From the IMG/VR virus record IMGVR_UViG_3300037201_000018, positions 1 to 64,000 of that record: a DNA stretch of 64,000 bases; one strand, written 5' to 3'. The position numbers were made by a program, and so were the translations under genes. Shown piece by piece: positions 1 through 9,900 of the stretch. Under the pieces are notes generated by a model that saw only the letters and a list, made by a program, of their open reading frames with translations, did not search any database and had not been told where the DNA came from. Each line of letters starts with the position of its first letter. Positions within the stretch are counted from its first letter, which is position 1. The stretch comes from a virus.

Positions 1-128
1 CGATGACAATCGAATTCAACCGAGCAAAATCTTAGAACTACAGATGTACAGTAAGACTCCTTATAATTCTGTCCTGCTGATCGCCTGGTTGGTTGTAAAG
101 AGCTACTTGAGACCGGGGAGACTGTGAG

Positions 129-497
129 ATGGGTAAGCAGCCGCTGACTCCGGAAGAGCTGACTTCTTGTCGTAGAGAAGGGATCATCTTCTGTTTCGGA
201 GTTCTACACGACTTAAAAGAACTGGGATTGACCGACGTAGCATTCGACATCACTCCAGACAAGGGAATGGCACACTATGAATCTGTCAAAGATGATTGGA
301 AGCGGTTCGTGGGAGAACAGCCGTTCTGTAATATGCTCATCATATGGGAGATCTCCAGACACGAAGAGTTCTGCGAGGGATCTGCTAAATTAGCGAGACG
401 CTACAAACTGATCGGTGATTTCAATCACTTCTCGCCCAAGAAATCTGAGTCAACCAACGAATCGATAATCAGGTTCCATTTTGGCGGATTCTACTGA
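129..497 (+). CDS. hypothetical phage protein
   Basis: 122-aa ORF co-oriented with the late operon; no recognisable motif. Confidence 0.5.
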   Translation: MGKQPLTPEELTSCRREGIIFCFGVLHDLKELGLTDVAFDITPDKGMAHYESVKDDWKRFVGEQPFCNMLIIWEISRHEEFCEGSAKLARRYKLIGDFNHFSPKKSESTNESIIRFHFGGFY

Positions 498-511
498 TAA
501 AACTGGAGACT

Positions 512-763
512 GTGATGGTATTCATCCAGAACAACGATAGGGTCATGACGCCTGATCAATACAGTCCCCCACTGACTGACCAGCAGATTGAGACTCTCAC
601 GATCCGCGGGTATACACACGACACTGAGATCGAGGCGATGGAGAGGTGCTGCGAGTGGATTAAGTCGAGTCGTGCCGGAATGAAGAGTGCATACATCAGG
701 CTAGGTAAGCAACTGAAAGAAGTACGGACCAAGCTGAACTCTCTGAAAGCTAAGAGCGACTAG
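512..763 (+). CDS. hypothetical protein
   Basis: 83-aa ORF with AACTGGAG RBS at 501-508; abuts the portal gene. Confidence 0.55.
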   Translation: MMVFIQNNDRVMTPDQYSPPLTDQQIETLTIRGYTHDTEIEAMERCCEWIKSSRAGMKSAYIRLGKQLKEVRTKLNSLKAKSD

Positions 764-775
764 AACGGATCGATC

Positions 776-3481
776 ATGACGGAAGGCAATGGAGACGATC
801 GAGGTAGATTAACAGCAAATGAAGAGCGCAAGCAGTTCCCCGAGGGGATGTATCCACAGCAACGGCTGACCCATGCCGAGGAGGACGCGCTCTGGTCCCA
901 CGTGATGGACTACGTCGAGAACGCGGGGATGGCACGCAACGACGGGCCGCAGCAGGGGTCGATCACCAGTCGCAACGAGCTGTTCCGAGCCTGGAGGCAC
1001 AACCCGCTCCGGCTGATCAGCGAGGAGTGCGGCTATCCGGACACGATGGCGATCGAGCCAGACACGTACCGGACGTTCTACGACCGTGAACCGATCGCGA
1101 CTCTGGTCTGTCAACTCTTACCGCGTGAGTCGTGGCAGGTATCTCCGCGGGTCTATGAGGACGAGGACCCGCAGAACGAGACCCCCTTCGAGAAGAGGTG
1201 GGCTGAAATCGACCGACTGCTTCACGGTCAGAGTTGGTATCGAGACATGAAGGGTTCCCAAATCTGGGAGCACCTGAGGAGGGCGGATGAGTTATCAGGG
1301 ATTGGTAGCTTCGGGGTTTTACTCATGGGATTCAATGATGGACGTCGGTTGGATGAACCTGTACCAGGGGCACTTGGGGGAGGTACGCAGTTCGACACTG
1401 GAGGCGAACCCCTTTCACGTGTTGGCGTCTACTCCGGCGAGAAGGAAGGTCCACAGAGCCAGTCACAAGGGGGTCCAGGCTCAGGCGTCAACTCGCACAA
1501 GATCGGGAACCTCGTCGAGCCAAACAAGCTGACGCAGGGTGGACTGCCGCAGTATCGCTATGACAGCCAGCTGTTGGGTACTGACGCGCAGTACGTCGGC
1601 GTTCAACTCAGTCATGACATCATTCCCCCGAAGGGGAAGGGACAACAACTCGACCTACTATTCTTGAGGGCCTTCGATGAAAGTCTCGTCCAGATCGTCC
1701 AGTATGAAGCTGACCTTCGCAATCCACGATTTGGTCTCCCTGTCATGTATCGTATTACTCTTAATGATCCGCGGGAGCTGCACTCGGGAATTGGATTACC
1801 TCTTGCTACCATTAGGGTGCATTGGAGCCGCGTCATCCATCTCGCCGATAATCTTGGATCTTCTGAGATCTTTGGCGTCCCCCGGATGCGACCGGTCTTC
1901 AACCGACTGATCGACCTCGCGAAGGTCTACGGAGCCAGTGCACAGGGGTACTGGTACGGCGCGTTCATGGGCCTAGCATTCACGACGCATCCCCAGCTAG
2001 GTGGTGACGTGAAGATCGACGTGGCTCAGATGCGGCAGCAGTCGAGGGACTACTTCAAGCGACTGAACCGGGCGATCACCGCCAGCGGGATGAACGTGCA
2101 GCCCCTCGCACCGCAGGTCAGCGATCCGACGGCACAGATCAAGGCACTCTTGGAGTGCATCGCGATGCAACTGAGAGTCCCCATGCGGGTCTTCATGGGA
2201 TCAGAACGAGGTGAACTCGCCAGCAGTCAAGACATGCAGGCCCACAATGGTAGACTCGCGTTTAGGCAGAACAACTACCTGACGCCGAGGGTCATCATAC
2301 CGTTTGTGGACCGGTTGATTTCGGTTGGCGTGCTACCCGAGCCGAACAGCAAGGTCCCAACAGCAAATAAACGGATGAGAAGGTCTCTCATTGCTAACAA
2401 GAGGTACGGCTGGTGGACGACGTACCAGAGGTGGTTGGAGGGCGGCAACTGCGGAGGATACGAGGTTCACGAGGCCGAGCGAATTACGGTGAATGTGGAG
2501 TCCAAGGCCGAGAAGCGGCAGCTGCTGTTGGGATTGAGCCAAGAGGCTGACGCGACTGATCTGTATCCTCAGCCCGAGGCTTACGGTGGCCTGATCGTCC
2601 TGAACGAGGCCCCTCCGCAGGACGCTACTCAAGGACAAGGGGAGACAGACGAGGACCAAGCGGAAGATCCCACATCTGATGACGATGAATCAGACTCTAC
2701 GACCGAGGAAGCTTCGGGTGGGTACGTCGTGGACTGGCCAGATATGGAGGCCCTAACGGACGCTGAGAAGGCGGCCATCGCCCAGCAGCTCTCCTCCGCG
2801 CTGGCGACCTATGTCCAGTCGGGTGCCGAGAACGTGTGTCCTCCCGCGATCTTCATGAGTGCGATCATGAGGCTGGACGAGGAGACGGCCAACATGATGA
2901 TCGATGCCGCGATGGAAGCCCTGGAAGACCCCTCTGACCGGCTGACCCCTGACCCGATGGACCAGAAGGAACGAGAGAAGGAGGCTCACGAGACAGACCA
3001 GCAAGGCCAGCAACAGGGTCAGGAGCAGCAGGCCGAGAGCCACGACCAGAACCTCCAGCAAGGTCAAGAAGCTCACGAGAAGGCCATGAGCGAACCACCG
3101 CCGGACGAGGCCGATGAGGAGCCACCTGGCAAGCCTACGAGCAACGCCGACCGATCCAAGGCCGAGGCGTTCATGAGGAAGTACATGGGAACCGTAACGG
3201 GCAACGAGAAGGATGCGCTGGGACATGGGTCTGATGCTAAAGGGGAACGATCGCTGATAAGGAAAGGTAAAAAAGAATCTAGGCAGCAGAAAAAGTCAGA
3301 CGAAATCCATCTCAAGAAGCTAGAAGGAAAGTCACCAGAGGAAGTCAATCAACTCATAGCGACTGACCACTACATTGGGGCAGCTATGAGTCGGCAGGGG
3401 ATGAAATCATCTGACTTCAAGAGTCCGCCCGCGGGACCGATGCCTCCGGGGAGCAGCGACAAGGAACAGACTGGGGCGTAG
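776..3481 (+). CDS. portal protein (DUF1073-like) with insertions and an acidic/Gln-rich C-terminal extension
   Basis: Motifs VHWSRVIHLAD, FGVPRMRPVFNRLIDLAKVYGASA, VPMRVFMGSERGELASSQD and PFVDRLISVGVLPEP resemble DUF1073-type portals; lies upstream of MuF/protease/capsid. Confidence 0.85.
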   Translation: MTEGNGDDRGRLTANEERKQFPEGMYPQQRLTHAEEDALWSHVMDYVENAGMARNDGPQQGSITSRNELFRAWRHNPLRLISEECGYPDTMAIEPDTYRTFYDREPIATLVCQLLPRESWQVSPRVYEDEDPQNETPFEKRWAEIDRLLHGQSWYRDMKGSQIWEHLRRADELSGIGSFGVLLMGFNDGRRLDEPVPGALGGGTQFDTGGEPLSRVGVYSGEKEGPQSQSQGGPGSGVNSHKIGNLVEPNKLTQGGLPQYRYDSQLLGTDAQYVGVQLSHDIIPPKGKGQQLDLLFLRAFDESLVQIVQYEADLRNPRFGLPVMYRITLNDPRELHSGIGLPLATIRVHWSRVIHLADNLGSSEIFGVPRMRPVFNRLIDLAKVYGASAQGYWYGAFMGLAFTTHPQLGGDVKIDVAQMRQQSRDYFKRLNRAITASGMNVQPLAPQVSDPTAQIKALLECIAMQLRVPMRVFMGSERGELASSQDMQAHNGRLAFRQNNYLTPRVIIPFVDRLISVGVLPEPNSKVPTANKRMRRSLIANKRYGWWTTYQRWLEGGNCGGYEVHEAERITVNVESKAEKRQLLLGLSQEADATDLYPQPEAYGGLIVLNEAPPQDATQGQGETDEDQAEDPTSDDDESDSTTEEASGGYVVDWPDMEALTDAEKAAIAQQLSSALATYVQSGAENVCPPAIFMSAIMRLDEETANMMIDAAMEALEDPSDRLTPDPMDQKEREKEAHETDQQGQQQGQEQQAESHDQNLQQGQEAHEKAMSEPPPDEADEEPPGKPTSNADRSKAEAFMRKYMGTVTGNEKDALGHGSDAKGERSLIRKGKKESRQQKKSDEIHLKKLEGKSPEEVNQLIATDHYIGAAMSRQGMKSSDFKSPPAGPMPPGSSDKEQTGA

Positions 3482-3739
3482 GTTAAAATAGACGTGAAGG
3501 AGACGACGATGCGAGGAAGCTTGAAGTCCAAGGCCCACGCGGAGAGAGCCAAGATGGAGGGGATCTTTAGGATTCGAGAGCGAGTCTCTCCCAGGTGGCT
3601 GACGCTGGACAAGAGTCGTAATGACGTCTTCAACTGGCTGATGGGCGGCAGGGAGCGTAAGACCCTGAGACAGCAGAGGTGGGCCAAGATCGTCTACAAG
3701 CGCAGACGGTTGGAAGTCGTAGAATAACTGGAGAAGGCT

Positions 3740-4126
3740 ATGAACAAAGAGAAAGCGATTGCTTATCTGAGGAACTGGAGGAATAGCGGCCCTGGGAATT
3801 GTTCAAACCTATTGCCATTGATCATTGACTTACTACTGGAAGGCCAATCAGAACCGACCAAGCCGCAGACCTACGGTGAGAAGATCGCTGAGGAGAGGAT
3901 CACAGTGGGCGAGACGAGTAACTACGCTCGACTGACAAGCAAAGACGAAACCTTCGACGTTTGTTCTACATCCATGAGAAACGGATTGGATAGCAAGTTG
4001 AAATCATTCTTCTCATTGGATAGCAAGTTGAAATCATTCTTCTCAGCTGCACTCGACGAGGCGTTCGAGGCAGAGAAAGCTGCTGGAGTGAGCGAGTACA
4101 TTACAAGTCGAGAGAGACCAGAGTGA
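3740..4126 (+). CDS. hypothetical protein with a 10-aa tandem duplication
   Basis: AACTGGAG RBS at 3726; LDSKLKSFFS present twice. Confidence 0.55.
   Translation: MNKEKAIAYLRNWRNSGPGNCSNLLPLIIDLLLEGQSEPTKPQTYGEKIAEERITVGETSNYARLTSKDETFDVCSTSMRNGLDSKLKSFFSLDSKLKSFFSAALDEAFEAEKAAGVSEYITSRERPE
3985..4045. repeat. perfect 30-bp tandem duplication
   Basis: attggatagcaagttgaaatcattcttctc twice in tandem, in frame. Confidence 0.95.
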
Positions 4127-4881
4127 TCAAGCGAACCCATACACCTAGTAAGTGTCCGCTCTCCCGAGAGGAGGAGAATCAGCTCGTGGAAGCCGCGAAG
4201 GGCGGGGACGCGGTTGCCTTCGACCGGCTGTGGGAGACGTTCAAGTACATGGGCTTGAGGGTCGTGATCGCGAGGTGTCGCTTCGGGTTTACCAACGACG
4301 AGCGGGATCAGGTGATCAGGATCAGTCTGTGGGACGCTGTGAGGAAGTTCGACCCTTCCCGCAGGATCAGGTTCGGGACCTATGTGTTCAACTGGTTCAG
4401 GCAGGGAGCGAACAGGCTGTTGGACAACGAGGGATGTCGTATCATCAGAGTCCCGCGGACCCAAGCGACGACGACTTCGAGGACAGGATGCAAGCGGAAG
4501 TATCTGGATAGAACAACAGACGCCAAGCGGAGGATGCGGGAGGCCGCGATCTTCAGCTTGAGTACCGAGGCGAAGAGCGGAAGACCGAGACACGAAGGCG
4601 TCTCCAGCAGAGATCAGCTTGAAGTCTGGGAAGAGGTAGACACCAAGCTAGAAGTCGAAGCGACTCATGCACGATTGCGGCTAGTTCTCAGCGAACGATC
4701 GGTGAGCATCCTGGAACGTCGAGCTAGTGGGATGACGTTGAGGGCGATAGCGGAGTCTGAGGGAATAACCCACGAGCGAGTTAAGCAGATCCAGGTCAAC
4801 GCGATCATCAAGTTGCAACGGAGGTATCCAAGTCTCCTGCGTTGTACGAGTCGTAGGAACAGCTCAAGGAGGGCAGTATGA
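4123..4881 (+). CDS. sigma-70 family RNA polymerase sigma factor
   Basis: Region 1.2-like LSREEENQL, region 2 DAVRKFDPSRRIRFGTYVFNWFRQ, region 4 HTH MTLRAIAESEGITHERVKQIQVNAIIKL. Confidence 0.85.
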   Translation: MIKRTHTPSKCPLSREEENQLVEAAKGGDAVAFDRLWETFKYMGLRVVIARCRFGFTNDERDQVIRISLWDAVRKFDPSRRIRFGTYVFNWFRQGANRLLDNEGCRIIRVPRTQATTTSRTGCKRKYLDRTTDAKRRMREAAIFSLSTEAKSGRPRHEGVSSRDQLEVWEEVDTKLEVEATHARLRLVLSERSVSILERRASGMTLRAIAESEGITHERVKQIQVNAIIKLQRRYPSLLRCTSRRNSSRRAV

Positions 4882-6909
4882 AAGTGGTGCTCATCGACGG
4901 CTGCCAGGTGCCGCAGATCGTGATCCCCAAGAACTCGATTCACAAGTTCTCGATGGCTCAGGTTCCGATCGAGCTGGCTGAGTCGGGGATCGAGACGAAG
5001 GATAGACTCGTCCACTCGGTGACCTATGGCAAGCGAACGTATCACATGATCTGCTTCGACACGAACCTCTGGATAGACATGGAGACCGGCGACGTCGTTA
5101 CGATCGAGGTAAGCAAGTAGGAACGACGAGATGACAGATGAAAGAGAGTCGTATGGAAAGGATAGGATTGAGATGAATGAGGAAGCCCTGACCTGTGGGA
5201 CGTGCAGGAACTGGATCAAGTTGCCCCCGAACATCGCAGCCTTGAAGGAGGTCAGGGGGCAGTGTCGAGCGATCCCGCCTCAGGCGATGCCCTTGTACTC
5301 GGCAAGGCAGCAGATGACGAGCGAGGGCATGTTGCTGATCCTGACCCCAGTCCTCGACGCTCATAGTGTCAACGCGGCCTATCCAGTTCTTCCTCCCGAG
5401 TTCCCTGCCTGCGGTCAACACGTCAGGCGAGAGACCTGGCAGCAGGGGAACTACGACGCAGAGGAGGGAGTGCTGTGATGCCGATGCCGATCGAGTGTTC
5501 ACTAGGTTCGCTGCCGTCAAAGGAAAGTCCTTGGTCGGTCAGCATGATCCCGGAAGAGGGAGCTGCGTTGCTGATGACCGAGTTGAAGTCAGTTCCAAGA
5601 TACTCGAACCTTTGGAGCTGGTTTAGGAAACGACCCACCTCTTATGACGTCATCTGTCGATTCGCGTTCAACTTCGATTTGCCAGTAGTTGAGACATTCA
5701 CGAACGTCACTTATCGTCCGAAGGGGATACTGTAATGGTCAGTAAAACGAGGCAGATCCAAATCGGTTATCTAGCCGAAGGTCGTTGTGAGTGTGGGCGA
5801 ACGAAACGCCCAGATCGGTATCGCTGTGAAGTCTGCTTGGCAAAGCATCGTAGGATCAAGTTGGAGAAGAGACATGTCAGCTGACAGACGTGAGATTGTC
5901 GTTCAGGATCAGGGGAAGATCGTCGTCGTGACTAACGACAAGGAAGTCGAACTGGGGATCGAGAGCCCCTGCTGCACCTGCGTCGCCCCCGTCTTCCGGT
6001 TGAACCTGTTCAGAGCGAGAGCCCTGAGAGCCGCACTGACAGACGCGATCGTCAACCTCGTCGGGACCGAGGCGAAGAGGAACGACTCGATCGAGGAGGA
6101 AGCTGAGTGATCTACAACATGCAAAACACGTGTGACACTGGTAGGTTCGTCGAGAAGATCATCGACGCTGGGGGGAGGGTCGTGTCAAGTAACGAGGCGT
6201 CGTCTAAGATTGGAGCGATCGAGTGCGACACGGAGACCGGCAGGGTCTACGGCCTGAAGCGAGAGAATGGAAAGTACGTGTACTACTATGACAAGGGAGA
6301 GGCCGTGAGGATGACGGAGTACTTCCCTGCTCCGCTGCGAGTCGTCTTCTTTGACGATCCTAAGACACCCAAGCCTGAGACTTGGCGTGACCGCTCGCCG
6401 TTGTTGCGAGAGGGAGTCGAGTAGGTGACCAGTTCGCACTGTCCTTACAAGCTGCTCCCCGAGACACTGAGGATGTTTGTAGACACTGAGATCGCAGTAC
6501 AGACTGGTAAGGGAGTCTGGCCTGAGTTGAATTTCTTCACGCCTAACAAGGACGGCATACCTCCGCTGATGATGATCTATGATAGGCTGAAGAAGGAACC
6601 CAACCTCTCTGATGTCCACTACACAATCGGTCCTTACGGATTTAGCATGTGGGTCATGAAGACGATCGGCGGACACGTATTGGAGATATGATGAACTCGA
6701 TCAAGCTGCACCCCGACCACTGGGACGACTTCCGATTGAGGGAGTTCTCGGAAGCGATCGACGTTCACAACCGACGGTTCAGAGTCGGTAACGCTCAGAG
6801 CGAAGAGTCGATCACGGCTGAGGAACACGAGGAGCGAGAGAGTCGCATCCCACTGTACGCCGAGAGAGCTAAGGAACGTCTCAACCTGTTCACGGGGAAG
6901 GGTAACTGA
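4878..6909 (+). CDS. cluster of small hypothetical ORFs (4878-5120, 5131-5478, 5475-5735, 5787-6110, 6107-6424, 6425-6691, ~6688-6909)
   Basis: Tightly packed co-oriented ORFs with overlapping start/stop codons; 5131-5478 has a CxxC...C...C pattern. Confidence 0.55.
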
Positions 6910-9900
6910 TGCTCCTGAAGCCTAAGATGAGGAAGCTCCCCAAGCGGACGAAGGCCGTGTCCAAGAGGCGAAAGATGATCGCGAGGAAGGAACTCGCGGT
7001 CCGCAACGCTTTCTGTCCAACCGGCGAAGGTGGAGGCCAGGACAACAGCTGTTCGTCCCACGGCAAGTTTGAACTTGGGAAAGGGATTGATCTTCCAAAT
7101 AAACCGCTAGAAAAAGCGATTAGTAATCCGAAGCGACTTCCGAAAGAAGTCGGTGGCCATCGGGTAGTCTACCTGGAAGAGATGAACAACGAGGGTCGAG
7201 CGGACCCAGATGGAACTATCAAAGTCGGCCCGAAGTTCTTCAAGCTGGACGTCGACCAGCAGAATCACGTCTTGATTCACGAGTGGGTCCATCAGAAGAA
7301 CATTGAGACGTCGGTGATGATGGACAACGAGTTCTGGGATCGACTACGCAGCGGAAAGATGTGGGGCAAGCCGGAGGGCGAGTACAATGTCGTCTGGGGA
7401 CCAGGAGGCAACACCCCAAATGAGAATATCGTTGAGACGACGATCGCGATGGTCACTGAGCCAGGCTGGGTGAAGGAGAAGTATTCTGGCGCGTACGACT
7501 ACTTTAGTAAGAAAGTCTTCAGAAATGGTGGACGAGATCTTCAATCTGAGAACCGGGGAGTGGCTAATCTATCTGGGCGAGTCAAAGATAACATCTCTCA
7601 TCGCGGCTCACGCCCAGTCGCTGCGGGATTACAACACCTGGGACTATCGAGCAAAATACCGCTATCTGGTAGTGAGCAACAAGCTGACTCTAAGGTGCGG
7701 GGACTTCGCCATATTCAAAAGAAGCCGACCGTCAACGCCTTTTGTCCGACTGGAGAAGGGGGAGGTCAGGATAATTCCTGCTCGTCCCACGGTGGAGGAT
7801 CGAAGGTAATTGAGACTCCTGAGTTCAAGAAGTGGTTTGGAGACTCGAAGGTCGTCGACGCTCAAGGCAAGCCGGCTGTTGTGTGGCACTCATCTGAAGC
7901 ATTTTTTACTGCGTTTGATCCCGCAAAAATTGGGAGTGGATTCAAGGAGGGGTACGACGGAATTAGAGTGATCGGTAAAGACGGTCAGACGATGGAGTAC
8001 GTCGCCTTTCATCCGACGCAGATTAAGTCAACAGAGAATCGAGGAACGTTCGACGCTAAAGACCCAATCATCACGAACCGCAAGCGTCTAGCGACCGTCA
8101 ATGCCAAGCGAAATCCGCTCAAAGCCGACCCAACCAGAACGGCGTCTCTCCGCAGGAGGTTCATCGCGGACCTCACCCGTAGGTTCAACATCCTCAAGCG
8201 GCGGATCTACAAGCTGATCGTCGAGGAGGACGCCTTCGGACTCAAGTCGAGCAACCACAATCCGTTTACAGCGAACGCTAATTTTTCCAGTACGCAGGTC
8301 AACGTCGACGATGCCTTCGTCGAGCAGCAGATCAAGAGGATTCAGGCGGCGATTAACCCTTCAGACATCGTCGAGCTGGAGGACGAGCCGCACGTCACGG
8401 TTCGATACGGTCTGCACGATCAGGACTCGGCGAGGGTCGAGAAGCTGCTGAGTGAGTGTGGGCCGATCTACGCGAGACTCGGACGGCTATCCCTCTTCAA
8501 GTCGCCAGAGCAGGACGTTCTGAAGATCGACGTCCGCAGCAACCAGATGGACGGACTCAACCGGCGACTGAAGCTACTCCCGAATACCGAGACGTTCCGT
8601 GAGTACCATCCCCACCTCACGATCGCCTACCTCAAGCCAGGGACCGGACAGAAGTACCTTGACATCCCGACCCAGCTCGAACACAGCAAACTGTTGTTCA
8701 AGTCGCTGGTGTTCTCCAACAAGGACCGCGAGAAGACTGAGCTGATGCTGACGGCGAACGCTTTTTGTCCTACCGGACCGGGAGGTGGGATAGATCCGAC
8801 GTGTTCATTGTCCCCACAGGAGGCAAGTTCGTTAATCTCAAAGATTCGCGGGGGTGACGAGCGGTCTAAAAATAAGGGAGACATACGACCAGAACAGATC
8901 AACAAGTCACAAGTAATTCGGCAAGTTCCGCTCAAGTCAATTCCGCAATCGATTATCGAGTCGCTACGAGAATCCACAGATCGAGCGAGAGTCGCAAAGT
9001 ACGCAACCCAGAAGATCGACACACCTGTGGTCTTAGTCCCCCTCAGAAAGACAAGCGGGTTTGGAGTTTCTGACGGGGGACATCGGATACTTGCGGCGAT
9101 CGAACGGGGCGACACTCACATCAACGCGATCATTCCGGCAGACTCTCAAGATAGATTAACAGCGAATACTCGCTTCAAGTTTCACACGACGAGCGAGCAG
9201 GTCGAGGCTTTTCGCCAGTGGTTGGCCCAGCAGACGCAGTACCTGATCCTCGGAACCTCGCTGCGGGAGATCGAGGACGCTTGGTGGAAGCAGTACGTCA
9301 TGGAGGGTTATGAGAAAGGTGCTGGAAGAGCCTTCTCAGACGTCCGCAAGCCAAAGACGAGCGACAATGTGAAGTTGGACTTCTTCAACGGCACGAAGGA
9401 TCAGTTTCTGCGAGAGTCGTTTGCCCACCCCGTCTCAGTCGACAAGGTCAAGCTGCTGAGTGGGAGGGTCTACACCGAGCTGAAGGGCGTGACGGAGGCG
9501 ATGAGTCAGAACCTCGTGAGGACCTTGACCGATGGGCTGGTCCAGGGAGACTCACCGAGAGAGATCGCGAGGGACATCAACGAGCGAGTCGACGGGATCG
9601 GCAGGCAAAGGGCGGACGTCATCGCGAGAACTGAAATAATCAGAGCCCACGCGGACGGACAGCTGAACGCTCTCCGCGATCTCGGTGTTGAGCAGGTGGG
9701 CGTCCTTGTGGAATTTTCAAGTACGCAGGACGATCTTGTTTGTCCTGAATGTGAGGCGTTGGAAGGGATCGTAATCACGATCGACGAGGCGGAAGGTCAA
9801 ATCCCAGTTCATCCGCAGTGTCGTTGTGCTTGGATTCCTGCGAATGTCGGCGAGGACGAGAAGGATCAGGTTAGGGGCAAGGAGGACGTCGACGACGCGA

